DNA from: Octopus bimaculoides
Taxonomy: Eukaryota
Assembly: GCF_001194135.2 (NCBI RefSeq)
Contig: NC_068983.1
Span: forward strand, 57,944,127 to 58,008,126
Length of the DNA: 64,000 nt
Direction: 5' to 3'
How positions within the stretch are numbered: the stretch's first letter is position 1; every line of letters begins with the position of its first letter. Shown here piece by piece: positions 25,003 to 38,652 of this stretch. Position numbers and translations under genes: made by a program. The notes under the pieces were generated by a model. It saw only the letters and a program-made list of their open reading frames with translations, did no database searches and was not told the DNA's origin.

Positions 25003-25240
25003 AGAGTAAGCACATAAATGCGAAACAAGGTGGAAAATATAGTACTCGAATACCAGAGGTAGAGTAATATGCTTTATTAAAAAGCAGTAAAAATATCACA
25101 AAACTGTTACTCGGAGTTTCATGGTCCTGCTCGTCAGAGAGTTTTGTTTAGAAACTCTCTGCTGACTGGGATTGTGGAACTCTGAGTAACAGTTTTTGTG
25201 ATATTTTTGCTGCTTTTTAATGAAGTATATATATATATAT
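25001..25240. mobile_element. Inverted pair of PLE-type pLTRs (HHR family 2) between (TA)n runs
   Basis: ~75-bp inverted arms (25071-25145 / 25152-25226); the minus arm carries an HHR core. Confidence 0.7.
25100..25145 (-). ncRNA. Minimal hammerhead ribozyme, family 2
   Basis: aaaactct-CUGACGA(25137-25131)-gcaggaccat-GAAA(25120-25117)-CUCCGA-GUA^ACAGUUUU; stem III ACUC/GAGU; stem II eroded. Confidence 0.6.
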
Positions 25241-25879
25241 GTTCTTTCTTTTTTTAATTCTTTCATTTGTTTCAATCATTTGACTGCAGCCATGCTAGAG
25301 CACTGCCTTTAGTCAAACAAATCAACACCAGGACTTATTCTTTGTCACAATATGATCAAAACTAGTCTCACTCACCTCTTCCTCTCACTAACTGTTACAT
25401 TTAAGATCCTTCTTTTCCTTCTTCTTCCCCTCCCTATGTTTTAAAATTTACTTCGCATCTAGCTTGTCTGTTACAACTTCTATATGTATACACCAAGTGA
25501 TTTTTGCATGCGAGCATGGCTGCATACATATATGTACATGTGTATATGTGCATTTGTGTGTATATTTCCGTCTTACATATATATGTCTGTATATGTATGT
25601 AGTCTGTGTACATCCATATTTGTCTTTTGATGTATATATGTATATTATAGATGGTTTAGTATGCACATATCTGCTGTAAAATATTTATGTAATGCAGCAT
25701 GAATATTTTAATTTGAACTTTTAATGCATTAATTGAATTATATTTGGTATATAATTATTTGCAATAAGTATTTTGAATCCACTCTTCAATTTAAGGTTTC
25801 CCTCGATTTTTATAATAGGATGAATTAATATTGAATTCATTTATTTTGTTTATTTTGTTCATTGCATACTTAAAACTGT

Positions 25880-26050
25880 TAATTGAAAGGACCAATGAAA
25901 TAAATCCATTTTTTAAAGATGTATCCTTTAACTAGTTTTGATTATATCGTTATTTCTGTTCCATTTTAACAAAACTGTCCGACGAATGGGAAAGTGAAAC
26001 TCTGAGTAACATTTTGTTATATTTCTGCTGCTTTTAAATAAAGTATATAT
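25880..26050 (+). mobile_element. Further family-2 pLTR copy with a mutated hammerhead core
   Basis: aaaactgt-CCGACGA-atgggaaagt-GAAA-ctctga-GUA-acatttt at 25971-26015, with the same downstream tail as the 25.2-kb arm. Confidence 0.6.
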
Positions 26051-26388
26051 GTATGTATTTATGTGCATATATATATACCTGGAAATGGATGTGTTGTGTT
26101 CAATTAAATAATAAATAATATATATATTATATATTATTTAATATTTTTAATTGAAAGTAACACATCCACTTCCAAATAAGTTTATCTCCATCTTTTTCAT
26201 GCCACTCTCTACTCTATACCGTTTTCTTCCTCCATCCTTCTCTAAATCCCTTTTTCTACCCCTCTCCCCTTCACCGTTTTCTGTCTATCTCTCTCTCTCC
26301 CTCTTTCTCTTTTTCTCTCTCTCCCCTCTTGCTCTTTTTCTCTCTCACTCCTTCTCTTTTTTTTTTCTCTCTCTCTTATGTTGCTAAC

Positions 26389-27010
26389 CTTGTTTCAGCT
26401 TAGAGCTACAGCCATGTTGATGCACCGCCGTTTTGCTACACTGTTATTACTCAGAGGCTCCTCCAACATGTGGCACTTGGTGAAGAATGGAGTTTGATGT
26501 AGCTACCCTCATTTGCACCTCTTGCCATGAGGTAGGTTCATCTGGGACTCTCGACAAGATGAGGTCCAGCCTTGATTTAAAAATGCCTACTCCTACTTTG
26601 TGCAGGTTCCTCAGGCTCTTTGGGAGAATATTAAAAAGCTGTGGGCCCCTGAAACCCAGGCTGTTGTAGTAACTGGTTCTGAAATGCGATGGCTTTGCTG
26701 GGATCTTTGGCACTATGCAGTGTCATCCCGTTCTGGCTTTGGTGTAGCTTTCAATGTCAAAATTTGGCACAGTTCCTTCCAGGATCTTCCAGATGTATAT
26801 TACTGCATACCTCTCCTGCCTTCTCTCCAGGGAGTAGAGTCTTAGCTGTTTCAGCCTTTCCCTGTAGCTGAACAGTTGCAAAGAGACAATCATCTTTGTG
26901 AATCTTCTCTGGATTGCTTCAAGGTCCTCTGTTAGTTTTACACTGTTGGATGACCAGACCAATGGCATACAACTTACAACCAAGTGGAGAATAATGGAGA
27001 AATCTATGTC
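26389..27010 (-). mobile_element. 5'-truncated CR1-type LINE (RT C-terminus and short 3'UTR)
   Basis: PLVWS..LEAIQRRFTKMI..L..FSYRERLKQLRLYSLERRQER...IWKIL and GPQLFNILP motifs. Confidence 0.88.
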
Positions 27011-27439
27011 ATATGTAAATGGATCTGCAAGATGCATTGTATTCATGGCTAAAAGAACACACATTCAGAATCTCATTTTTTCCAGCTGAGTGGATTGGAG
27101 CAATGTGAAATAAAATGTCTTGCTCAAGAACACAATGTGCTGCCATTTGTCAAACTCACAACCTATTCACTATGCCACAACTTAAGTCATTTGCTAGGAG
27201 ATCACTGAAAGGAGTCTCAGGGAGTAGTGTCCCTGCCTTCCTGAGTTAGTTTTCCGTTACATTTCTTAAAAATTGTGGTAGAGACCTCGGTCACATAACC
27301 ACTCATGTCTAGAAACTGAGGTGGAGGGTAAGCAAGGACATGCTCCCAGTAGAAAATCCAGCTCTGAAAAAGCCTCATGACAATAGCAAAGAAACTCGGG
27401 CAACCTCACACAACCAATTCACTTAGCCACAACATCATC

Positions 27440-27750
27440 ATCATCATCATTGTTTAACATCCGCTTTACATGTTAGCGTGGGTTGGACGATTTGACTGTG
27501 GACTGGCAAACCAGATGGCTACACCAGGCTCCAATCTGATCTGGCAGAGTTTCTACAGCTGGATGCCCTTCCTAACGCCAACCACTCTGAGAGTGAAGTG
27601 GGTGCTTTTACATGCCACTGGCACGAAGGCCAGTCAGGAGGTACTGGCAATGGCCATGCTCAAAATGGTGTATTTTACGTGCCACCTGCATGGTGTATTT
27701 TACATGCCACCTGCACAGGAGCCAGTCCAGCGGTACTGGCAATGAACGAC
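27440..27750 (-). mobile_element. RTE 3' tail fragment
   Basis: Family end motif with (CAT)n on the + strand. Confidence 0.8.
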
Positions 27751-28686
27751 CTAAGCAAAATATGAAAAAGCAAAGATTAAGAAGGCAGACATGGTTAAAG
27801 TTAGGTTTTATCAGTTTCAATGATGTAATTTACGAGTTTTACCATTTAAATGAAAATGCAAGTTACAGCAGCATATTCAGTATCCGCTTCATTAGCACGT
27901 GCAAGTCTGAAAACAAAGTATTTTATGTTGGAAAACTGGGTACATTATTCAGAGTTTTAATTTTAAAACAGTTAAAGAGTTATTTCCTTTGTTACTTTTG
28001 ATAAAAATTATCATTAACACTAATGAATTTTCTTTTTTTTTTTTTTGCATCACACTTGATATTTTGATGAAAAGGATTTTATTTCACAATGTATGCTATT
28101 CCATATTCAATTATATTGTATTTTTTTTCTCCTTGGTAACATAATTATGCTAGCTTTAGTTTGTTTGATAAAAACTGGTTCTATGCATTCTTCACAGTTA
28201 AATGGTTAGCAATGGTGAAACCATTCACCAGTAAAAACAATTACTGCTCAAAAATAAAATCCTATGAGACAGCATAAGCATGGAAAACTGACAACAAAAA
28301 GTTTAAATTAAAAATGAATAGAAAATAGTAGAAAAAATTTGTCTTTCTGTAATTAGTAGAATATTCAAAATGAAAGTAACAGCCTTGAAGAGCTTTGAAA
28401 GAGTATATACATACTGTAGTCCGAAGGTATATGGTGTATAATAGAAATGAATATATCATCTTTATTTTTTATCTTTTACCTGTTTCAATCATTGGACTGC
28501 AGCCATGCTGGGGCACTGTTTTCAAGACTTTTAGTTGAATGAGCTGATACCAGCACCTGTTATGTTGTAAGCTTGGTATTTATTTTGCTAGTATCTTTTG
28601 CTGAACTGCTAGGTTACAGAAACATAAACATACCAACACTGATTATGAAGTGGTGGTAGTGATGGTGGTGGAAACGTAGGCACAAT

Positions 28687-28736
<50 letters not shown>

Positions 28737-29213
28737 GAGTATACAGGAAATGGAGAAATATTGATGAACAACGATTGGCTTGCATCAATTATTTTTCATT
28801 AATTCAATACAAATAGACTGCATCCCATCTAACAGCTGTTTCTGCATCCAATATTCCACAGTATTGCCATTGATATTCTAAAAATAATATTCACCATATT
28901 TGGTAATAAAACCGATCTGGAACATGGACCTTCATCAGATTGAAAAAAAAAACATACATAAAAAAAGAAAACTGGAGAGCCTAGAGAAGAAAAATTAAGG
29001 TTGAATAAGCTCTGGGGTCGATTTGCTCGACTATAAAGGCGGTGCTCCAGCNNNNNNNNNNNNNNNNNNNNNNNNNNNNNNNNNNNNNNNNNNNNNNNNN
29101 NNNNNNNNNNNNNNNNNNNNNNNNNNNNNNNNNNNNNNNNNNNNNNNNNNNNNNNNNNNNNNNNNNNNNNNNNNNNNNNNNNNNNNNNNNNNNNNNNNNN
29201 NNNNNNNNNNNNN

Positions 29214-29248
<35 letters not shown>

Positions 29249-30619
29249 GCAGGCTGCCAAATCCACTCACAAGGCATGGGTCAGGCTGGAGCTAGACACT
29301 AGACAAAGGCGTCATGCAGTGGGACTGAACCCTGAACTATGTGATTGAGAAGTGAACTTCTTGGCACACAGCCACGCCTGCACCTACAGTAGAAGCAACA
29401 GCACCTTTCTCCTCTTTCACCTCCACCTCCTCATCATCATTGATGTTGTCATCATTGTCATTGTTGTTTCACGATCTACTTTTCAATGCCTACATGGGCA
29501 AAACACAATTCGTTGAGGAAAATTTTCTGCAACCTGACACCCTTACTGACCCAAACCGTCACCTGTTTGCAATCAAGGTAATATGTCTATTTGCCTGGAC
29601 AGGATTTCATGGACAACTGGAAATAAACGGTACCACTTGTATGACGGTAAGTATCACAACATTCACGCAATGTCAAGGACAAAGAAATACAAACTCACAT
29701 TCTCATACACACACACACGTATACAACAGGCTTCTTTCAGTTTCTGTCACTGTATCAATAACATTTGCCAACAGCTATTTTGTAATGTTGAGATGAGAAA
29801 ACACAATACACTTATATATACGGATATATATGAATATGAGAGGCTTCTTTCAGTTTCCCTCCACTAAATCCATTTTATACCTGTTCATCCATCCATCCAT
29901 CCATCTATCAATCAGACATATTTAGAAGCATTAAACTAATACTGTTGTTGGAATTTGTCCCTATAGTGTTGTTTTCTTTTCATACTCATTGCCTAATACA
30001 CGTATATATATATATGTACACATACATATAAATATACATATAGATATACATATAAATATACATATATACATATATATATATGCTTATACATATACACACT
30101 CACACACACACACACACACACACATATATGGCTCAAACTTCAAAGTCACAGTCAGTAATATTCTTGTCTAAGAATAATAAATTTGTACAAAAGTGTAAAA
30201 TAACCCATGTAAAATTCTATTCATTATAACTGCACATTAAAACAAACATTAAGATGTATATATATATACACACACACACACATACACATACACATTCACA
30301 CACATACACACTCATGCACACACACACATGCCCTGTTACATATATATACCTAGATAGATAGATAGATAGATAGATAGATATATATACATACATACATACA
30401 TACATACATACATGGATGGATAGAGGTTTGTGTGTGCGTGTACAATACCTATATGTGCCTGTTTTATGTCTAATATGGCTTTTATTATGATATAACATTC
30501 ACTAAATAATGTAGTGTTTAGTACAATTCGTATGAAACCAGTCTTGAACATAAATTGCACATCGACACATAGCTATGTTCTGTCCCCAGAGCTCCTTTAA
30601 GTGTATTTATTGAAACAGT

Positions 30620-31320
30620 CACAAACGTCTCTTCATATATGATATACATGGTTGAAGAATTCATGAGAGAATTGCCAAAGTAGTTAAAAACTCGGCAGAG
30701 TTTGGCTTCAATTAAAAGTAACGAAATGGAAATATGGATAAAGCTACATAATTAAAGAGTAGTCATGTAAGAGGTTGAACACAATAACTTGCAAAAGCTT
30801 TGGAGTGTGGAAACCTTGTTATGTATGCTTGGAACATTGCATTCATAGCAAACAATAACTACACAAGATTAGAAGTCGATTTGCAAATTTACATGAAGCT
30901 AAATGCAAACAGTATTATCAGAAATGAAATTAAAGCTTTGACCAGGTGTGATGACTCATTTAATGTAATAGGTGTATTTTGTTACCTGGGTGGCATAATT
31001 TGTGCTGCAGTTAGAAACAAACAAATGTATAGCTGCTAGGATTCCTGTTTGCACAAGGAGAATAAGGTTAAGAAAATTGATTTCGCTATTGGCAACAAAA
31101 GACTTCTCAGCTTTATGTAAAAGGCATGTGTAAATGATTTGCAAATTTGTAAGTACAGTGTTGCAAAACCATAAACCACTACCATAGAATGTATGGCCAT
31201 TTTTCATCAATTAAAGAGGATTGACTGGAATATGTTCCATTGGATGCAAAACAGGAACTTACATGAAAGATTAAGTGCTAGTAAGGTAAGAACATGACTA
31301 TACAATACTGTGTTAGCCAA
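30620..31320 (+). mobile_element. Heavily decayed RTE RT fragment
   Basis: DDSFNVIGVFCYLGGII resembles the LEVVDSFRYLGD motif of the 62.5-kb RTE copy. Confidence 0.55.
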
Positions 31321-31602
31321 TGCCTGTGAAGGAAACAATAGTTGAGTTATTGATGTAAAATTCTAGTGCTTGCTTCAGGAAAACGTTTGTTGAGTTAATG
31401 GCGGGAAGTATCTCTTGTTGGTGTTTGTGGGAAGAAAATTAAGAATGAGGTAATTAGATTAGAAGGGCCGTTGTTTTTGTAGGCTGCCTGTCAACCCTAG
31501 ATAAGTTTGTAAAATTGGTAATAATAAATGAATTATGATAATTATGATGAAAGAAAAGGGATATATGCACATTGTGTGTGTGTGTGTGTGTGTTTGTGTA
31601 TA

Positions 31603-31649
<47 letters not shown>

Positions 31650-31802
31650 AGATAAGTGTGGCTGTGTGGTAAGAATCTTGTTTCCAAACCATATGGTTCC
31701 TGGTTCAGGCTCATTGTGTGGCACCTTGGGTAAGAGTCTTCTGCTATAGCCTTGTGAATGGATTTGGTAGGTGGAAACTAAAAGAATCCCATCGTGTATG
31801 TA

Positions 31803-31846
<44 letters not shown>

Positions 31847-32050
31847 TGTGTCTGTGTTTGTTCCTCCACCATTGCTTGACAACCGATGTTGGTGTGTTTA
31901 TGTCCCCATAACTTGGCAGTTCAGCAAAAATGACCGTTATAATGAGTACTAAGCTTACAAAGAATAAGTCCTGGGTTTGATTAGTTCGTCTGAAGGCAGT
32001 GCTCCAGGATGGCCGCAGTCAAATGACTGAAACAAGTAAAGGAATAAAAG
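31650..32050 (+). mobile_element. SINE family A, full length with internal (TG)n
   Basis: Head, ccttggg core, microsatellite, tail ending aaatgactgaaacaagtaaa. Confidence 0.88.
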
Positions 32051-32206
32051 AACATATATAACATCTTCAGAGAAAGAGAAAGAAGAGAGAGATGCATATT
32101 TATATATGTGTGTATATATATGTTTATGAATATGTATATATGTATGTGTGCATATTTTATATTTGAATCTATCTATCTATCTATCTATCTATCTATATAT
32201 ATATAT

Positions 32207-32248
<42 letters not shown>

Positions 32249-32249
32249 T

Positions 32250-32431
32250 CTTTTATATGTTTCAGTCATTTGACTGTGGCTTTGCTGGAGCACCACTTTA
32301 GTCAATGAAATTGATCCCATGACTTATTCTATCAGCCTCTATTGTCGAACCATTAAGTTTCAGGGACCTAAACACACCAACATTGGTTGTCAAGTGATAG
32401 CAGGGGGATAAACACAGATACACACACATAA

Positions 32432-32478
<47 letters not shown>

Positions 32479-32690
32479 NNNNNNNNNNNNNNNNNNNNNN
32501 NNNNNNNNNNNNNNNNNNNNNNNNNNNNNNNNNNNNNCCTTCAGTTTCTGTCTACCAAATTCAGTCATAAGGCTTTGGTCGAGGCTATAGTAGAAGACAC
32601 TTACCCAAGGTGCCATACAGTGGGACTGAACCCAGAACCATGTAGTTGGGAAGCAGACTTCTTACCACACAGCCACTCCTGTGCCTATAT
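32250..32690 (-). mobile_element. SINE family A, full length (gap within the internal microsatellite)
   Basis: Reverse complement of the same layout. Confidence 0.85.
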
Positions 32691-33462
32691 ATCTATCTAT
32701 ATATATATTTATATATATTTGTATATATATATATATTTATATGCACACACAAACACACATGTATACAGACATATAAACGCACATAACCAAACATTTACAC
32801 ATGTGCATTATATTGTATTTCCTTCACTGTCTCATACACACACACACAGACAAACACACACACACACACACGTATGTATATATATAAAACCTATATACAT
32901 TAGTTAAATTCTGAAGTTATGAATCTGTAGACTGCACCAAGTCATCCGGCTGACTACCTACCTACGTGGTGCCATAGGTCAGCCCAATCAGAACTGACCT
33001 GGGGTTATACAACAACAACAATAACAGCAACAACAACAACAACAATGATGCCATTAGTGACACCATCATGACCAACAATAATGCTACCACCACCACCACC
33101 ACCACCATCAGAATCACTACCACTACCAACCAACAACACCAACCATCGGAACGATCACAATTCAAATTCATGATGCAGATTATTCTCAAAACAGGCATAA
33201 ATGCACTCATACGTGCACACATAAACATACATATAAAGTAACATACATATATATACATATATATATATACATACATATACATATATATATGTAAGTATAT
33301 ATATATATATATATANNNNNNNNNNNNNNNNNNNNNNNNNNNNNNNNNNNNNNNNNNNNNNNNNNNNNNNNNNNNNNNNNNNNNNNNNNNNNNNNNNNNN
33401 NNNNNNNNNNNNNNNNNNNNNNNNNNNNNNNNNNNNNNNNNNNNNNNNNNNNNNNNNNNNNN

Positions 33463-33508
<46 letters not shown>

Positions 33509-33829
33509 GATGCTACAAATATATCTTTATTAGCTTCAAAGTATAAACCTACTCCAGCTTTGCTGTTTCACTGCTTAATTTTATTTCATCTGCTTTGATC
33601 GTAGTCGTGAGGGTTATTTCACAAGACATTGATTGTTACGTGTTTCTTCTTTCGATGCTATGAACCACATTATTCCTCAGCTCTAAATAACAAACTTCAC
33701 AGATCAATGAACTATAATCTACAATGAAACTCAATGAGCCTTCATGTGCATTTGTCACGCTACTAGTGTTCACCATTAAGCACAACAGACATACACCATA
33801 CATAATTATTATTATCATTATTATTATTA

Positions 33830-33860
<31 letters not shown>

Positions 33861-33874
33861 AATTATTATTATTG

Positions 33875-34080
33875 GCGAGCTGGCAGAATCGTTAGCACAC
33901 TGGACGAGATGCTTCGCAGTGTTTTGCCTGTCAATATGTTCTTATTTCAAGTTCAGCGTAGGTCAAATTTGCCTTTCATCCTTTCGGGGTCGATAAATTA
34001 AGTACCAGTGAAAAGCTGGTGTCGATGTAATTGAGTGGCCCCCTTTCCCCCAAATTTCAGGCTTTATGCCTATAGAAAGG

Positions 34081-34131
<51 letters not shown>

Positions 34132-34340
34132 GGCGAGATGGCAGAAATGTTAGCACGTCGGGTGAAATTTCGCCCATCATTACATTCTGAGTTCAAATTC
34201 TGCGGAGGTCAACTTTGCCTCTCATCCTTTCGGGGGTCGATAAAATAAGTACAAGTCAAGTACTGGGGTCAATATGATCGCTTTGTCCCCCTCTCCACAA
34301 AAATTCAGGCCTTGTGCCTATAGTAGAAAGGAATATTATT
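33875..34340 (+). mobile_element. Two tandem SINE B copies separated by (ATT)n
   Basis: Two ggcgag(c/a)tggcagaa heads, each ending in gcctatag..aaagg and ATT repeats. Confidence 0.85.
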
Positions 34341-35139
34341 ATTATTATTATTATTACTATTATTACTATTACCATATCAGGGATGACATTCTTTGATGTA
34401 TAGTTATTTCAGACAGTAATTTATGATTTGAAAGAGATTTGGTTGCTACCTCTAGCAGATTGCGCGACCACATTGAGAGTCCAACAATGCAGATGCTCTC
34501 ACACAAATGTTCTACCATGTCCTGCTGTTCACGTTTTGTTTACACAGTTAAATACTAAATACTTCTGCATCACTTTATCTATTAAGCAGCTTAGTACTAC
34601 TAATGAAGCATTGACTTCTAGTCATAATAGTAAAAAAAAAATTTAAAGCCTGCCATGTAACGTTGAAGATTAAATGAAAAACTGACTTTGTGATATGTTT
34701 AATGTGGCATTAAACTAGGAAATATTGAATGTTTCTCTTGTAAATAAATGAAATAATTGCATTTGTTTGTTTTCAATCTTTTGTCTTTGAAGAATTTTTA
34801 GTCAAAGAAAGCCATCTTAGTACTCGGATTTGTTTTTTTAAGCCTGGTACTTGGTCTCTTGGTTTCTTTTTGCCGACCCAGGGATGTAAACAAACCACCA
34901 CTGGTTGTCATGCGGTAGTGGGGGACAAACACAGACACAAAGACACACACACAGACACAAAGACACACACATATATATATACATATATCATCATCATCAT
35001 CATCATCATAATTTGACATCTGTTGTCCATGCTGACATGGGTTAGATGGTAAGCTGAAGAGCTGCACCAGACTCCAGTCTGAGTTGGCATGGTTTCTCCC
35101 TAAATTCTAGCAATTATGTGTAATCATCAACCTTTTTAG

Positions 35140-35312
35140 TACCAACCTGCCCAAAATTGGCCCAAGACCAACCCAAACTGGTCCAAGACTGTCCCAAAAC
35201 TAGCCCATAACTGGCCCAAGTCTGGCCTAAAACCGGCCCAAAACTGGCCAATAACTGACCCAAGATTGGCCCAAAACTGGCCCATAATTGACCCAAGACA
35301 AGCTCAAAACTG
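35140..35312. repeat. Degenerate ~11-bp minisatellite (actggcccaa(a/g)), about 15 units
   Basis: Regular recurrence of ggcccaa/gacccaa. Confidence 0.8.
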
Positions 35313-35689
35313 TGATATAAACTTTGTTTTAAAGTAATCTGGACTAAAACCTTCAATCAAGATTTCAAATTAATTTATGTTCTAAGGACCAACTTACTAA
35401 GACTTTGAAATTTTGGCCAAAGGCTAGAAATTTTTAGGGTAGGGATTCAGTTGATTACATCAAACTCAGGACTTCAATGATATTTTATGTTATCAACCCT
35501 GAAGGGATGAAAAGCAGAGACTACCGCAGAGAAATGCCAACTCACAACACAAAGACTTGTTGGAAAATCCAATCAGCATTTTGTCTGACATGCTAAAAAT
35601 TCTACCTGCATGCAATGCCAAATGTTATTTTACCAAATTCTTCTTTGGAACATCAGTTAATGGTTTTAATTCAGATCCCTTTAAAACAC

Positions 35690-35720
35690 ACACATACACA
35701 CATTCTCTCTCTTTCTTTCA

Positions 35721-35775
<55 letters not shown>

Positions 35776-36255
35776 CCTCACACGCACTCACATACACACC
35801 CAAACACAAACCTCTTCACATGTAGACACACCACACATCCAAATACAAATATACTCAAACATATACAGACACACACACATCCTCTCTCAGTCACATACAC
35901 ACACACACACTCTCACTCACAAACACACACTCTCTCTCTCTCTCTCACACACACACATACTCTTTCTCTCACACATACACACTCTCTCTCTCTCATACAC
36001 TCTCGCTCTCTCTCACACATACACACACGCACTCTCACTCATAAACACACACTCTCTCTCTCTCACACACACACACACTCTCTCTCTCTCTCTCTCACAC
36101 ACACCCTCTCATACATTCTCGCTCGCTCTCACACATACACACACACACTCTCTCTCTCTCTCACACACACACACGCACTCTGTCACACATGCACCCATAC
36201 TCTCTCTCTCACACACACATGTATGCACACACACACACACACACACACACACTTC
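35690..36255. repeat. Mixed (CT)n/(CA)n low-complexity tract
   Basis: Direct inspection. Confidence 0.95.
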
Positions 36256-37244
36256 TACTAAAAGGTTGTCATTTTCTAATAAGCTAACAAAGAGATTTTT
36301 ATATCCTTTCATTAATCTCAACATATGCTTCATGAAATATTTTATTTAATTTCAAAAAGGACAAAAAAAAAACCCAAACCAACCCATCTTTCTTTCCAAT
36401 GTTATTGTCGGCTTTATGATAGGAGACAGCAGTAAGTCCTCCACAAGTTAACATTCACGACATTCTTTATTATCTCATTTGGTATGCGACCAATGGTTTT
36501 AGGTACGTATGAACGTTGCAAGCAATTACATTTTCTCCATCCCTTAAAATCAATAACACTAGTCAATAAGATGGATAGCTTTGATTAGGAAAAAGTCAAA
36601 TTATTTCAGTGTAGAGTATTTTTATGAACAAAATAGGATAAAAGACAAACAAAAAACATTGATTGATTTGTGCTTTTTAATCCTCTTGTCAAAGTAATTC
36701 TTGACGAGATGAAAATAAAACAGAGTGAAGAAAAGGCATTTATGATTTAAAAAAGGCAGGGTTTTGTGAACGAGAAGCTTTAACAGAGACAGAAATTGTA
36801 AGTCGTTTGAACAAAACTGGAGATCAGTGACCGAGTAACATCGAAATATATGGTGAGATAAATGTATGGCATTAAATACATCTTTATTCATGAGACAGTC
36901 GAATAAAACTAATTCTACGAATTTGCGATTGATGAGAACTAAATGCATATTAGAAGTTGATCAATTCTGTTGATATTTCCCCCGACTTTAACCTTATGAA
37001 ATTAATGTATTGTTCAGATAACTGAGTAGGATGGCAAATTTAATGCAGACAGCATCGCAGTTAGGTATTCATTGAATATGAATAACTTCACAGTACCATT
37101 TTTATAATTCTTTATTCGTCATTGCCCTCAATCATAATGTGTTTTAGATGTATTTTTGCTACACATTTCTGTATTTTCTATATAAGGGTCATTACTAAAT
37201 GTGGTAATACGGTGTCTTACTACTGTTAATGATGTTAATTAGTG

Positions 37245-37900
37245 AAGGAATGTGGCGTAGTGGTCAGGGTATTTCGCTTGTAATGACAAGGTCGTGAGTT
37301 CAATTTACTGGTATGCATTGTGACCTTGAGCAAGTCACTTTATTTTATACTGCTCCAGTCCACTCAGCTGGCAAAAATGAGTTGTACTTGTAATTCAAAA
37401 GGGCCAGCCTTGTCACATTCTATGTCACACGCTGAATCTCCTTGAGAACTATATTAAGAGTACACATGGTCTGTGGACTACTCAGCCACTTGTACATTAG
37501 TTTCACAAGTAGGTTGTTCCGTTGACCAGATCAGTAGGGACAATCATGAAACCGATGCAAAGCCAGGCCATCTAACAACTCATGTATGGCTTAGTGGTTA
37601 AGGACATTCAGCTCATGACCACAAGGCTGTGAGTTCAAGTCATAGCTGTGAATTGGGTCCTTGAGCAAGACACTTTATTTCAACTTCTCCAGTCCACACA
37701 GCTGGCAAAAATTAGTTAAATCTGATTTTCAAATGGCCAGCCTCATCACATTTTGTATCATGTTAAATTTCAAACTATGTTAAAAAGTATGTGTGTCTGT
37801 GGAGTGCTCAGCTACTCACACATTAATTCCATGAGCAGGCTGTTACATCAGTCAGATCACCTTGAACCCACATTGTCATAACCAATGGAATGCCAGTTAT
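37245..37900 (+). mobile_element. Two tandem copies of tRNA-headed SINE family C
   Basis: tggcgtagtgg A-box, gagttcaa B-box, ccttgagcaag(t/a)cactttattt...ctccagtccac(t/a)cagctggcaaaaa central domain. Confidence 0.85.
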
Positions 37901-38467
37901 GTCTACACCTTAGCTGCTTCTAATAATTCTTGTGTATCCTGACTCAATACCCCAGGATTCGTGTAATTTGTTTGTATTTTAGGTTATAAATTTGGGAAGC
38001 CCATTCTTCTGGGTTTATTAGGTTAAAAGAAATAGACTTCTGTCATATAACTTTTTTTGCGTATGTTAAAGACATTACAAGCGAAATATAATCATAAAGA
38101 TTTTATATTTCAAGTAATCTTTGTTGTTTTAGATTATTGTTTTTTTTAATACTCATTTTTACATTAACCCTACTCATTTAAAGTACCCTAATTTGGTACT
38201 TTATTGTCTGAGGCTAATTATCTTGCATATTACTCATTCTATTAACTGACAATCATTTTAGTTTGGTACTCATTTCATTAATTGTTGCTCATTTTATCAA
38301 TTAGTACTCATTTTATGGAATGGTTCTCATTTTACTGAGTTGTGCTCATTTTATTGAGTATGCCTCATTTTATCAAGATGATGATGGTGATGATGATGAC
38401 GATGACGACGATGATAATGATGATGATGATGACTACGGCAATGATGATGATGGTGATGATAACAGCA

Positions 38468-38498
<31 letters not shown>

Positions 38499-38578
38499 GA
38501 AAGACGGTGGGGTCAATTTGTTGCATTTTCTCCTGGGATTATCCCTGACAAATTTTATTGTATCTCTTGAACACTAGA

Positions 38579-38652
<74 letters not shown>

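Noticed and set aside
36610-36797. Plus-strand exon-like segment (ttatttcag...gtaagt)
   Set aside because: Stops in all three frames
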